Positions 39,865 through 52,589 of a DNA stretch of 64,000 nt are shown piece after piece (within the stretch, counting starts at the first letter, position 1; every line of letters begins with the position of its first letter). The stretch comes from Lama guanicoe. Lineage: Eukaryota. The translations under genes were made by a program, and so were the position numbers. Under the pieces are notes generated by a model, which was given only the letters and a program-made list of their open reading frames with translations, was not told the DNA's origin and ran no database searches. Location: assembly GCA_013239625.1 (NCBI GenBank), contig MU054026.1, positions 744,001-808,000 of the forward strand, given 5' to 3'.

Positions 39865-42800
39865 TTTTTTTTTCTTCCAGGTTTATTAAGATCTAATTGA
39901 CACATAGCACTGCATAAGTCTAAAGTATACAGCATAGTGATCTGACTTACATATATCATGAAGCGATTATCACAGTACGTTTAGTGAACATCAATCATTT
40001 CATACAGAAACAAAATTAGAGAAACAGAAAAAATTCCTTATAATGAAAACTCTAAGGATTTACTCACTTAACAAATTTCATATGAAACATGCAGCAGTGT
40101 GAATTACATTTGTCTTATTGTACATTATATTCCTAGTGCTTAATTATCTTATAACTGGAAGTTTGTATATTTTGCTACCTTCATTTAGTTCCCTCTCTCC
40201 CAACCCTCTCAGGTCTAGTAACCACAAATCTGATCTCCTTTTCTATGAGATTGTTCGTTTGCTTGGTTTTGAAGTATAACTAACCTGCACCCTATGTTAG
40301 TTCTCATTATACAATATGGTGATTTGGTGTTTGTATACATCTCAAAATGATCATTGCAATAAATCTAGTTGTGCTGTGTCACCGTACAAATACACTGCAT
40401 AGTTATTGACTATATTCCCCACACTGTACATTTCATACCCATGACTCATTTATTTTGCAACTAGAAGTATTTACTGCTTAATCTCCCTCACCTATTTCTT
40501 TCATATCCCAGTTCCCCGCCCCTCTGACAACCACCTGCTGGTTCTCTGTATCTATAACCCTCTGTTTTGGTATGTAGGTTCATTTGTTTTACTTTTTAGA
40601 TTTAACAAAGAAGCGTAATACTACAGTATTTGTCTTTGTCTGGCTTATTTCACTTAGCACAATATCTTTTCAGTCTACCCATGTTGTTGTAAATGGCAAG
40701 ATTTAATTCTTTTTTTTTATATCTGAGAAGTATTCTATTGCATTTATGTACTACATCTTTATTCATTTATCTATTGACATGCACTTGGGTTGCTTCCATA
40801 TCAAGGCTATAGTAAGTAACGCTGCAGTGAAGCTCTGGCTGTATATATCTTTTCAATTAGTATATTTTCTGTTTGTTTTCTTCAGAAAAATACCCAGGAG
40901 TGGAACTGCTTGATCATATGATAGTTCTATTTTTAATTTTGTGAGAAGTCTCCATACTGTTTTCCATAGTGGCTGCACTAATTTGCATTCCCACCAGCAG
41001 TGGACAACTGGTCCCTTTCTCCACCTCCTCCTCAGTACTTGTAATTTGTTGTCTTTTTGATAATAGCTATATTCTGATAGGAGTGAGCAGATATTATGGT
41101 TTTGATTTATATCTCTCTGATGATTAATGATGTTGAGCATCTTTTCATGTGCCTGTTGGTTATCTGCATATCTTATTTGAAAATACATCTATTCAGATCC
41201 CCTACTCATTTTTAAATCAGGTTGTTGGATTTTTTTAATGTTAAGTTGTATGTGTTCTTTGTATATGTTGGATATTAATCCCTTATAAGATATATTGATT
41301 GCAAATATCCTCTCTCATTCAGTGAGTGGTCATTCATTTTGTTAATAGTTTCCTTAACCGCGCAAAGCTTTTAGTTTGACATAGTTTCATTTGTTTATTT
41401 TTCATTTTGTTTCCCTTGCCTGAGAAGACATACCCAAAAATATTACTAAGAGTGATGTCCAAGAGTGTACTGCCTATGTTTAATTCTAGAAGTTTTATGG
41501 GTTCAAATCTTACTCCATTTTTAATTTATTTTTGTGCATGGTGTGAGAGAGTAGTCCAGTTTGGTTCTTTTCTGTGCGGCCATCCAGTTTTTCCCAAGAC
41601 CATTTATGGAAGAGGTGGTCTTTCCCTGTGGTGTGTTCTTGCCTCTGTTGTCATAGATTAATTGTATGGAGAAGTGTGGGTTCATTTGTGGATTTTCTGT
41701 TCTGTTCCACGAATCTATGTGTTGTGTCAGTACCATACTGCTTGAATGACTGTAGCATTGTAGTGTAGCTTGAAATCAGGGAGAATGACATTTTCAGCTT
41801 CATTCTTCTTTCTTAAGATTGTTTTCACTATTTGAGGTCTTTTGTGTTTCCATACCAATTTAAAAGTATTTGCTCTAGTTCTGTGAAGAATGCAATTAGT
41901 ATTTTGATAGGGATTTCATTGAATCTGCGGATGCCCTTGGGTGATATGATGATTTTTGTAATATTAACTCTTCCAGTTCATGAGCATGGTGTATCTTCCC
42001 ATCTGATATTGTTGTCTTCAATTAAAAAAAAAACTCAGAGTCGTATAATTTTCCAAGTATAGGTTTTTTTTCCTCCTTTGTTAGATTTATCCCTATTTTA
42101 TTCTTTTTTTCAATTGCAGTTGGGATTTTTTTTCTTTAATTACTCTTTCTGATAGTTTGTTGTTAATGTATAGAAATGCAACAGATTTTTTCTATGTTAT
42201 ATTTTGTGTCCTGAAACTTTACTGAATTTATTTATTAGTTCTAGCATTTTTGGTGGCATATTGATTTGCTGTGTGTAGTTTCATGTCTTCTGAATACAGT
42301 GACAGTTTTAATTTTTACTTTCCAATTTGGATGATTTTTATCTCTTTTCCTCATTTGATGACTGTGACTAGGATTTCCACAGAATGCTAAAACTGATGAG
42401 AGTTAGCATCTTTGTCTCTTGTGATTTTAAAGAAAAAGCTTTCAGCTTTTCAACATTGGCCATGATGTTGGCTGTGGGGTTGTCATAAATGGCCTTTATT
42501 ATGTTGAGATATGTTCCCACTATGCCAACTTTGACGAGTTTTTATCATAAAAGGATGTTGAATTTTGTCAGTGTTTTTTCTGCATCTATTGAGATGACCA
42601 TATGATTTTTATTGTTTCTTTTGTTAATATATCAGATTGACCACTGTGTAAAGTTGTTCTCTGTTCCTTGTAGTCTTTGTTTTAAAGTACGTTTTTCTAA
42701 TACAAGTATTGCTACCCCAGCTTTCTTTTCATTTCCAATTTAATAAAATAATTTAATAAAATATCTTTTCTTATCCCCCCACTTTCAGTTTATGTATGCC

Positions 42801-45476
42801 TTTAGATCTGATTTAAGCTTCTATATGGGTCTTATTTTTCTCTCCATTCAGCTCTGCATTTTTGCTCCCCCACCATGTTTACTCTTTTTGACATCATGTT
42901 TTACATCTTCTCTGTTTTGTGTTTCCCTTAACTACTTATTATGGATATAGGTGCTATTACTACTTTTGTCTTTTAACCTTTCTAGCAGCTTTCTATGTGG
43001 TTGGTTTACCACTTTCATATATGTTCCTTTACCAATAATATTTTTTCTTTATAATTTTTCATGTTTCTAGTTGAGGCCTTTTCTTTTTCACCTAGAAAAG
43101 TCCCTTTAACATTTCTAGTAAAGCTCGATTGGTGGTGCTGAACTCTCTTAACTTTTGCTTGTCTTTAAAACTTCTGATATCTCCATCAAACCTCCATCTT
43201 GCCAGGTGTTCTAGATTGTAGATTTTCCTTTTTTCTTATATAGTGTGCCACTCCTTTCTGGCCGGTAGATTTTCCCCTGAAAAGCCAGCTGATAGTCTTT
43301 GGGGATTCCCTTATATGTAACTGGTTGCTTTTTCCTTATTACATTCAATATTTTCTCATTATCTCTAATTTTTGCTGTTTTAATTACAGTGTGTCTTGGT
43401 GTGGATCATTGTTTGCTGATTTTGTTTGGAACTCTACACTTTCTGGACCTAGATATCTGTTTCCTTTCCCAGGTTGTGAAAATTCTTAGTTATTATATCT
43501 TCAAATATGTTATCTACCTCTCTTCTCTTTCTTTGACCCCTGTGAATGTTAGTATGGTTGAGGTTTCCAATATATCTCTTAAACTGTCCTCATTTCTTTT
43601 TAGGCGTTTTTTTTTTTCTGTTTTTCTTTTCAACTTCAGTGATTTCCACTATTCTGTCTTCCAACTCACTGACCCATTTCTTCATATCATCCAATCTACT
43701 ACTGATTTCTTCCAGTGTATTTTTTCATTTCAGTTATTATATCCTTCATCTCTTTGGGTCTTCTATTCATTTTTTAACTTTTTGTTAAAAACTTCAAACT
43801 CTGTTCATCCAATCATCTCCCAGTTTCTTCAAACATCTTTATGATTATTACCCTGAATTCTTTATTGCCTGTCTCCACTTCCCTTGGTTCTTCTTCTGGG
43901 ACTTTATCTTATTCCTTAATATGAAAGATATTCTTCTGATGCCTCAGTTTGTCTAGTTTTCTGTTTTCATTTCTACATGTTTGGGAGAGTTTTTATGTCT
44001 CCTGAACTTAGAGAAGTATTCTTTTATCGGAGACATCCTATGCATCTCAGCAGCATACTCCTCTCTGGCCACCAGTGCTATATGTTCTAAGGTTGCCCTT
44101 TATGTAGGCTCTGTGGCTACTTCTGTCCTGATAGGCTGAATACTGTGGGCAGTCTGGTAGGTATGACTGACCCTCAGTCTAGTTGGTCGCCAGGCCCTGC
44201 CTTGTGTGACGCCAGCCTGCCACTAGTGGGCAGAGCTGGGTTATGAGGCTACTCACTGCAAGGCCCCTGATGGGGGGGTTCCAGGGTTAGTTCTGGTCTA
44301 CTTGTGGGTGGAGCTAGGTTCTGAGGAAGGTGGCTGCCGGACCAGTGTCCCAGATCTAATGTTGTCCTGCTGGTGAATGAGAGCAGTTCTTGGCACAGCT
44401 GGCTGTGGGGTCTGGGCTGTCTCAAAGCTGGTGTGGACCTGATGGTGGGTGAGCCAGACCCCGGGGCAGTTTACTGATAGGCCCAAAATGTCTCAGAGTT
44501 GATATTGACATGTTGGCGGTCAAGGCTGGGTTCCAGTGCATCCCAGGGCTGGTGTTGCCCTGCGTTTGCCTGTGTCTTGATACAGCTCACTGCAGGGGTG
44601 TGGTAGTCCTGGGGAAGTTGCTGCCTGCTGTTGGGTGGGGCCAGGGGATCCCATGACTGTTGTCTGCTCGGTGGTGTGTGAAGCCAGGGCCTAGAGCTGG
44701 TGCTGGCACTGCTGGGCAGAGCCGTGTCCCGGGGACTCTGACTAAAGGCCCTTGGTGGAATGGGGCCAGTGTCTGCCCACTGGATGTGGGGCCACGGCCC
44801 AGAGTGTCCTGTGACTAGTGTCATCTTGCTGGTAGGCAGAGCTGGGTCTCGGTCTCTGGCTGTAGTGCTCTGGGGGCCCCAGAGCTGATGTTTTGGCTTG
44901 CTGATGGGCAGGGCTTGGGCCCTGGCCATCCTGGGACTGGTCCCTCCCCACTGGTGGATGAGGCTTGTGTTGGGCTTAGTATGACCCCCATGGTAGGCAG
45001 AGCCAGGTCCCAGGGTCTCCGGCTGTCGTGCCAGTACACTGGTGTGCTGGGCTGGGCGCTGGGCCGTCTGGTTCACAGAGGCAGATCCCAGGGCTGCTGT
45101 TGGCTTAGGGTGTCTTAAAGCAGCACACCTGCTACTCGGTGGAGTTGTATTTCCACCCAGCTAGTTGCGTGGCCTGAGCTGTCCCAATACCAGTGCAGAC
45201 AGGCTGGTGAGAGGGTCCAGGTCCTAGTGCTAATAAGATAGAGGGAAGATTCTAATGTGGTATTTGCTAGGGTAAGTATCTCCGTGGTAGAATGAGCTAC
45301 CATCAATGTCTATGTCCTCAGGGTGAGCTCCAATTACCACCTGCCTCTCTGCAAGGTTCTCCAAGATCAGCGAGTTGGTCTTACCCAGGCTCATTTCAAA
45401 TTACTGCTTTATCCTTGAGTCCCAGAGCATGTGAGATTTTTTTTTTATATGCACCCTTTAAGAGTGAAGTCTCTAT
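39865..45476 (-). mobile_element. Older near-full-length LINE-1 with internal ORF2 deletion and missing 5' tip
   Basis: T-tail at 39865, long 3'UTR, antisense ORF2 motifs ([29 protein letters not shown]), EN region ~42640-42850, ORF1-like ~43100-43960, GC-rich 5'UTR ~44000-45476. Confidence 0.9.
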
Positions 45477-45683
45477 ATACAAATGGCCAATCGGCACATG
45501 AAAAAATGCTCAGTATCACTAATTATCAGAGAAATGCAAAAGAATTACTGCTTTATCCTTGAGTCCCAGAGCATGTGAGATTTTTTTTTATATGCACCCT
45601 TTAAGAGTGGAGTCTCTATATACAAATGGCCAATCGGCACATGAAAAAATGCTCAGTATCACTAATTATCAGAGAAATGCAAA
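45399..45683. repeat. Direct tandem duplication of ~142 bp
   Basis: 45399-45540 vs 45543-45683 differ by one substitution and one T in a homopolymer, and are separated by 'ag'. Confidence 0.97.
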
Positions 45684-45938
45684 TCAAAACTACAATGAGG
45701 TATCACCTCACATCAGTCAGAATGGCCATCATTCAAAAATCCACAAATGACAAATGCTGGAGAGGCTGTGGAGAAAGGGGAACCCTCCTACATTGCTGGT
45801 GGGAAAGTAGTTTGGTAAAGCTATTATGGAAAACAGTATGGAGATGCATTAAAAAACTAAAAATAGACTTAAATTATGATTGAGCAACCCCACTCCTGGG
45901 TATATATCTGGAGGAAACTCTAATTTGAAAAGATACAT
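45620..45938 (+). mobile_element. Internal L1 ORF2 fragment (Cys-rich region) lacking 3'UTR and poly(A)
   Basis: [60 protein letters not shown]. Collinear with ~29097-29415 of the full-length L1. Confidence 0.92.
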
Positions 45939-46029
45939 ATTGAGCATTTTTTTCATACTCTGCTGATAAATATAATATTTAAGATATTTATAAAAGAATA
46001 TGATGCAGGAAGATTAACTCATCAATCTT

Positions 46030-46420
46030 GAGAGCATGGAAGCTCTGTTCCACTTTCCAGATACTTTGTGTCATGCATCTCTTCCTCCTGGCTGTTTCTG
46101 AATCATGTTATTTTATAATAAACCAGTAATCTAGTCAATAAAATGTTTCTCTGAGTTCTGTGAGCCACCCTAGCAAATTAACCAAACCTAAGGTGGGGCT
46201 CATGGGAAACTCTGGTTTATAGCCAGTTAATCAGAAGCACAAGTAGCAACCTGGACTTTCCACTGGGATCTGAACGGTGGGGGGCCGTCTTGTAGAACTG
46301 ACCCTTTAACTTTTGGGATTGGGCACTATATCCAGGTAGACAGTGCCAGAACTGAAATGAATTTTAGAATAACCAGATGGTGTAGGGAAAAAATCCACAC
46401 ATTGACATTGGGAGCAGACT
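46030..46420 (+). mobile_element. MER21-like LTR, 3' portion
   Basis: gagagcatggaagctctg, tttataataaacc, tgtttctctgagttctgtgagccaccctagcaaattaaccaaacc, tccaggtagacagtgccagaactgaa. Confidence 0.8.
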
Positions 46421-46669
46421 CATAGAGACACAAGAAAGTCTAGTCAGGGACACAGCGTGTGGGCAGACATACAGAGTGGCCAACAGAGAACTCTGTAGGT
46501 GAAAAACAAATCCCACACATACTGCTGGTTTCCAGAGCTAATTTCTATCCTTCTTGGCCATCAGGAGGGGATAAGCAAGGAGGAAGTGGTGGTAAGGGGT
46601 ACGATACCAGAACAAGAGTTGGTTGGACAAAAGCCAGGTTTAGGGTCTTCACACATCTGCTTTCTCTCT

Positions 46670-46960
46670 GGATCGCCATTCCCTCTGGCTCTGTCCCATC
46701 CTCTAGAGAGGTTTCATATGATTTTTCAGTCGAAAATAGTTATCTCCACCCCTGTGTATCTTTCTCACCACACTTGGTTCTTCTCCCTGTGTAACCAATC
46801 ACAATATGTAGCTACTCATTTATGCCTATTTTATTTGTTTATTACCTATCTCCCCAACTCAAATATAAACTCTGTGAAGTTAGCATCCATTTCTTCCTTG
46901 TTCACAGTCAAATACAAAGGGCCTATTTATAAATATGCTTTGAATGGATAAATGAATAAA
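46670..46960 (+). mobile_element. L2 3'-end fragment
   Basis: ctatctccccaactcaaatataaactctgtgaag...ttgttcacag...aaatatgctttgaatggataaatgaataaa. Confidence 0.65.
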
Positions 46961-49029
46961 CAGGGCTCAGACACAGGGATAAAAGATTTAATGTAATGAA
47001 TTTGTAGCTGAGGAAGAGACCTCAGAGAGAAAGATCACTTAGGTTGAATTACCACATTACCGTTATTCAACATCGACGCACTACCCAAGGTCACTGGTAC
47101 TAGATATGATAGACATATAATGAAGACAGAAAACAAACCTGTTTGCAAAACCCCTTTCAAAATGTTATCAGTGGAAGGAGTTTTGTCCCCTGATATAAAC
47201 TATTTCAAGATTCTGCTTATTAAAGTGCTATTATAGAGAATGCTCACCAGAAATGGACAGACATTTACATATGTTTTCAAAGAAACTGCTAAAATTTTAA
47301 TAGGCTAACTTATTCCACTTATGTATGTGTGACAGGAAGCTTAAAAATATCATATTCTTTGTCTCTGCTTGTCAAACATGAAACACACACGCACTACATC
47401 CTCTGCCTCTCCTCCCCTCTCCAGTGGCCCTGGTCTTTTTCAATAAAGAAAATTCACTCCTAGAGGGTTCTGCCGTGGATGAGTGACTACAGACGATGCC
47501 ACGGAGCACTCCAGGAGCCTCCAATGAGAAAGACTCCAGATAAAAATACATATACTCATTCTTCCAAGAGATGGGCCCCCTGCCACGAGGAAGATCCCCA
47601 GACTGTCTTTCTTTTTGTGTTTTAAATTCAGTTTTTAATGAAGAATATTAAGACTGTGAGCTGACTGCCCCTCACAAACTCCCAAACACAGACTCACCTT
47701 TGGGAGACTAGAGAGAGGAAGTGACAGCCCCATGGAAAGTGTGGGAGCCAAGAAAACAGCATGCAATACACTTCTCACCCCTGCTCCCTGTCTGGAGGGA
47801 CAGTGAGAACAAGGTGCCTCTTATGAAAGGGTTGCCTGCCTGGATGGGGTCTCATTAGAGAGAGGCTGGGATGGCAATCGGCAGGTCTGTGCAGATTCTT
47901 CCTATTTATTATTATTGATACCTACTTTTACCTTCTCAATATGTTTCTCCTTTCGCTGCCCCCAAATCTCAACCTCTTTCCTTTAAACAATGGCCTGAGA
48001 TAGAAACAAAGCAGGACATTATTACAGAATGATATATAATGTGACATTTAGATTTTGTTTTATTTTTCACTTGATGTACAGTGCTTTCATGTATGCTTTT
48101 TCCTTCTCACTTCCACCTTTTTTTTCCCCAAATATGCTTACACAGTCTCCTCCAAGCTTTATCTCCCTAACTGTTAACGTGAGTGCTTAAGAACCTAAGT
48201 TTTTTTTTTTTAAATAGTCCATGTTGAATGAAGGTTAGGAGCATATCCAGAGAAAATGTGACCAGATAACCAGGTTTTGAATCGGTCAGGTCTCCCTGCA
48301 GCATCCTCAGGCTGCCGTCTCTTTCATTCCCAGTGGCCGTAACAACCCCCACCTGCTTCCCAGTGCCAGCCCTTCTCTCCCAGTGGCAAAGCCTGGGGAT
48401 TGCACCCATTAGAAGGAAAGTCACGTTCATTCTTCAGCCAAGAGTTGGTGCAAGGGTCTGCTATTAAATAACACTGGGAAAATGACTCTCAAGCTACTGA
48501 TCAATTTTTTTAAATTATTTAACAAGTGAAGAAGAAAATACTATTTGCTAATGGACATGTTGAAGAAAGAACGCTGGCTATGAGAACCCAGCATCATGAT
48601 CAGGCTGCTAATTATAACCCGGTCTGGGGGAATTCACTTACAGGGGCAGGGAAGACATGGTCAGGCTCCTGGACTCTGATGAACGAGTAGAAGAAGGTAG
48701 ATTGCCTTCTAATGCTTGGTTTCTTTTTTGTATGATTACATGATTTTTCATTGCAGAATAACACTCATTCTTGTGAGTTCCACTCACATTCCAATACCTG
48801 GTACCTAAGGTCTCTCATCTTCCTGCTTGCCCGTTGTGGGATAAGTTCTCTGCAACACTCCGTAGCTGCTACAGTTGGAACTCACTCCAGTAATGAAACC
48901 TACCCAAATAATAGCTATTAACAACTAAAAAAAAAAAAACAAAACCTTTAAGAATATTTCATTGTATTGGGGTTCTTAAAAATGATTCTGGGGAATGATT
49001 TTTGAGACAGTAATAAAGAGTGGAAACAT

Positions 49030-49430
49030 TATTTCTTATCAGAGACCCTTTCGCATTAAATCACAACTGCCCCACTTCCTGCTAAAGCCAATCATGCTTC
49101 AATGACTCAGCTGAATTCAGCCCTTGCCCCCAGTTAGTCTGGCCTTTATTTTCTCATTTACTGATTACTCATGGGTGGTGTTCCTGGTTATGGCTTGTTA
49201 CTCAAAAGAGTAGATACAATTTCTGTCTTTAAGAAAACTGCAGGTTTCTAACAACCAGCCTCCTCTGAAAGTGAAGAGGAGACTCATTGCTTTCTCATTT
49301 GACCTCTTTGCTCCTCCAAGTTGTCAGGAAAGCACGTGCGGAGGGTGGAGGGAAAGGAAAAAGAAGGGGGATCTGTAGTCAACAAAACATTTTTTATTGA
49401 GTGTGTGGATTCACCAATGACTCATTCTGC
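49030..49430. promoter_or_regulatory. Candidate enhancer motif cluster (ETS, CCAAT, AP-1/MARE-like, E-box)
   Basis: CACTTCCTG 49073-49081, CCAAT 49088-49092, TGACTCAGC 49103-49111, CACGTG 49333-49338, TGACTCA 49418-49424. Confidence 0.3.
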
Positions 49431-50116
49431 CTTCTAACTTGCAAATTAACAGATGGGGACTTTGGTCCTTTGCGAGATAGAGCTTGATCAAGTGCCGACT
49501 TGTGTGGCACTACCTAAGTTCAGAGAAGTTCTTGGATGAAGGTGGGACTTGAAGAGTTAGATTAGCACCAGGTCAAAAGGAGGGCATTCCGAGTGAGCCA
49601 GTGGGATCATCAAATGTGGGATTAAATGTTGCACAAATGTGGGGTGAGAAGTATGGATAATGATCAGTTTCATCTTGGAAGTGTAGGGCTCAAACCTCTG
49701 CCGGGGTCAGGCGGACCCTGTCAATGATTGAAGAGCAGAAGCTGAGAAGTCAGAGGCTGATTGGCCCCTAAAAGAATTTGAGCTCAGCATGGAGGGAGTG
49801 TTCTATTGGCCAGGAGGATTTAGAAAGCTGCTTTTTGTCTTTATGTGTGCATACATCCCCAATTTTATTGTATTTATTTTTATTCTTATTTATGCATTTA
49901 TTTTGTTTTTGGCCAATCAAGTTGTTGTCCAAAGGTACACAGTGAGTCAAAAACTTGTTCTTTGATCTAACTACTTTGATATATGACATTATCTAACATT
50001 TTTAATTAACAACACCTTTGGGGGATTTTTCCCACATGGATATCGTTAGCGTGATATAAGCTTAACTATAATTTGTACTTGACTTTGAGCTTGCAGAGAG
50101 TTTATTGATGCTGCAA

Positions 50117-50244
50117 TTTGGTTTGATTTGTTTGTTTTATGAAGAGGAGGTAATCAGGTTTATTCACGTATTTATGTTTAGAGGAGGTACTGGGGATTGA
50201 ACCCAGGACATCAGGCATGTTATGCATGAGTGATACCCTCCCCC
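50117..50244 (-). mobile_element. Camelid tRNA-derived SINE (Vic-1-like), internally deleted
   Basis: Reverse strand reads ggggagggtatcactca...gtcctgggttcaatccccagtacctcc...taaacctgattacctcc. Pol III B-box at 50194-50203 and A-rich tail. Confidence 0.8.
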
Positions 50245-51399
50245 ACCTATTTTAAATGTTGATCATTTAGTTCTGTTTTTAAATCCTTGTGATTCAAATG
50301 GGAGACATCTGCTGGGTGGATCTGTCCTTAAAACCACCAGTTTTAATCATCTTTTCAGAAAGTCTTTCAAAGATATGGAAGGGGGGTAAGTAATTCCAAG
50401 CAGAGAGACAAATTAGATTGATGGTACTTGGTACATTCATGCAATGATAAAACAGAAGGACAGAAAGGAGATCTCTGAGAAGAAACAGTTCAACTGAAGA
50501 TAAATCTGACATTTATTGTGTGTGTTGTTTCCACACTTCACAGTGATGAGCTTTCAGGTAGAAAATAGAGACAAATAAGACTATTTAGATATGTTAAAGG
50601 GGTTTTTCACCCTTTACTTTTCTAAAAAGTGCCAAGTAATTTTATGGTATCAGTAACTCGTTTATGCATTTCAGAATGCCGACCTCATGGGAAAAAATGA
50701 CATTTATTTGGGTGAAGTTGTAAAATGCGCAACTTGTAGCTGAAAACTAAAATTTAACAGAAAATTGTTTGTATTTTCTTTTTTTAATCAAGCATTTCTA
50801 AAGAAAAAAACATTTCTCATTTTTATAGGTAGAAACAGGGTATCATATAATGAGAATAGAGCTTTTCAGTTGTGAAAAATGACACCAAGAGTGACTGGAA
50901 AAGATAAATTCTCCACATACACTCACAAAATGTTACGACCTTTATGCCATGTATATCTATTCTCCTAAGATGGCCTTAAGCTACAAGAAAATATAAATTT
51001 TCCCGCAGAGGATAGAGTCCAGACTGCTTGAGTTTAATATCAGGCTTTGCTTTCTCCAAGGTCCCATAGTTATGAATATTCACCATAATGCGCTGAAATC
51101 ACATCGTAAATCTGTGTAACTGCTTTCTTTTACAATCATTATTTGAAAGCAGAGGCATAACTCAGAATTAAAAGCAACATCTATCTGGTCTGTTAGGAAG
51201 GAAAGATTTGGAATTCTATTTTTTTTTAACAAACTCAGTTTGGCATTGTACAAGAATAAGACTGTATCAACCTAATAAAAACAGCCATAATTTGAAGTGA
51301 TGATCCCCACTTGTTCACAAGAAGCATGAAGTCTGGAGATATGATTAATGCATGTAAAATAATTGTCAAATCAGTTGGTACATAACTAAGTGTTGACTC

Positions 51400-51983
51400 T
51401 GTTGGGAAGAAAGAAATTTTCCGCTACCCTTCTACGTTCTTTCAGCTGATCTAAACGTTAAATTGACCTGAGACAGATTAACAGAAGAAAATCAAATTAA
51501 ACTTTAATAACAAGTACACCAGAGAGACCCAGAAAAACTGAGTAACTTTCCAAAATGGCTGAAGCCCTTGCCTTAAATCCCATCTTCAGTTAAAGACATA
51601 AGAGGATGTTGAGACCAGGGGTTTGGGACTTCAGAGGGGAGGAGGGCAATTTACATGGAGATAGAAAAGCAAATATTTGGTAAATAAATGTTTGCTGGGC
51701 CATTCAGAGACAATGGCAGACAGAGAGAAATTTTGACCAACAGACTTTGCCAGGGTCCTCCCTGTCGGGCACACTTAACTCATACTGCAACTGTCTCTGG
51801 TAATAGCTCTACTCCTGTAACAGTCCCTCTAAATAAAAATTTCAGTCTGTTTGGGGGAAGGTCGAAGTTTCTTCCTAAGTCTGTCTTTAGGCCTTGCTTG
51901 TTTTCAGCTCAAAATAATCTGCATGCTAAAGATACTCTGAATACTGAATTAGCTTTTGGCCAATTTTGTTTCCACTCTTTCCA
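51400..51983 (-). mobile_element. ERV1-class solo LTR (MER34/MER39-like)
   Basis: ttcagctcaaaataatctgcatgctaaag is the reverse complement of the recalled MER34/39-type LTR start region. Also aaagcaaatatttggtaaataaatgtttgctgggcc. No clean TSD. Confidence 0.65.
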
Positions 51984-52089
51984 CTCATTTATGTACTGAG
52001 TCCTCCAGTCTCCCTTGGCTTTCTCTGAAATTCCAATATTATCTTTGAATTTAGAAACTGTTAGAATCAGATCTAAGCAGAGCTAACTA

Positions 52090-52589
52090 AAAACTGGCAC
52101 TTGCCATCTGCCTCTGCAAGGACTGGGTCACGCTGCCTCCTACCATCTAACTCTGCTTGGGTTCAACTGTGAGCCACTGCAGCCTCTGACCTCCAACACA
52201 CCCTGGAAGGAGTTCGGGATGGAGGTCAGGAATGAGGCGCTCTGTGCTCCGGGAACACTGGCTGAACAGGCTTCAGATAGTTAGATATTTTTCAGGAGAA
52301 GATTTTATGATCCAAAGTCTTGCGTCTTCTCGTTTCTGGAAAAGCACTGAAATCATTAACAGTGACATCTGCTCCTTGTGACCAGCAGCAGGCCTCTGTC
52401 TAAATGTGTGCCTGACTGCATGTAACCCTCTTCACTGAAATCATATATAATACTGAGATTTTCCCCCTGCCTCTTTGGAACAGTTTCTCAGAGCTTTCTG
52501 GGATGCTGTCTCCTGGGCTATAGTCCTCATTTTGCCCCAAAGAAAACCTAGCCCACAACTCTCACGTTGTGATTTTATTTCAGACGACA
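52090..52589 (+). mobile_element. ERV1-class solo LTR
   Basis: TATATAA 52444-52450 followed by a typical R/U5 tail ctctttggaacagtttctcagagc...gctgtctcctgggctatagtcctcattttgccccaaa...gaca. 5' boundary uncertain. Confidence 0.75.

Noticed and set aside
39870..40560. Two similar blocks in the old L1 3'UTR as a local duplication
   Set aside because: The blocks are highly diverged and, as I recall, are an intrinsic internal repeat of this L1 3'UTR type
43299..43844. 181-aa hydrophobic ORF resembling a membrane protein
   Set aside because: Antisense reading of A-rich L1 ORF1 sequence
44471..45076. 201-aa Pro/Gln/Ser-rich ORF in a GC-rich island
   Set aside because: Lies in the GC-rich 5'UTR of the old L1, where stop codons are rare; no recognisable domain
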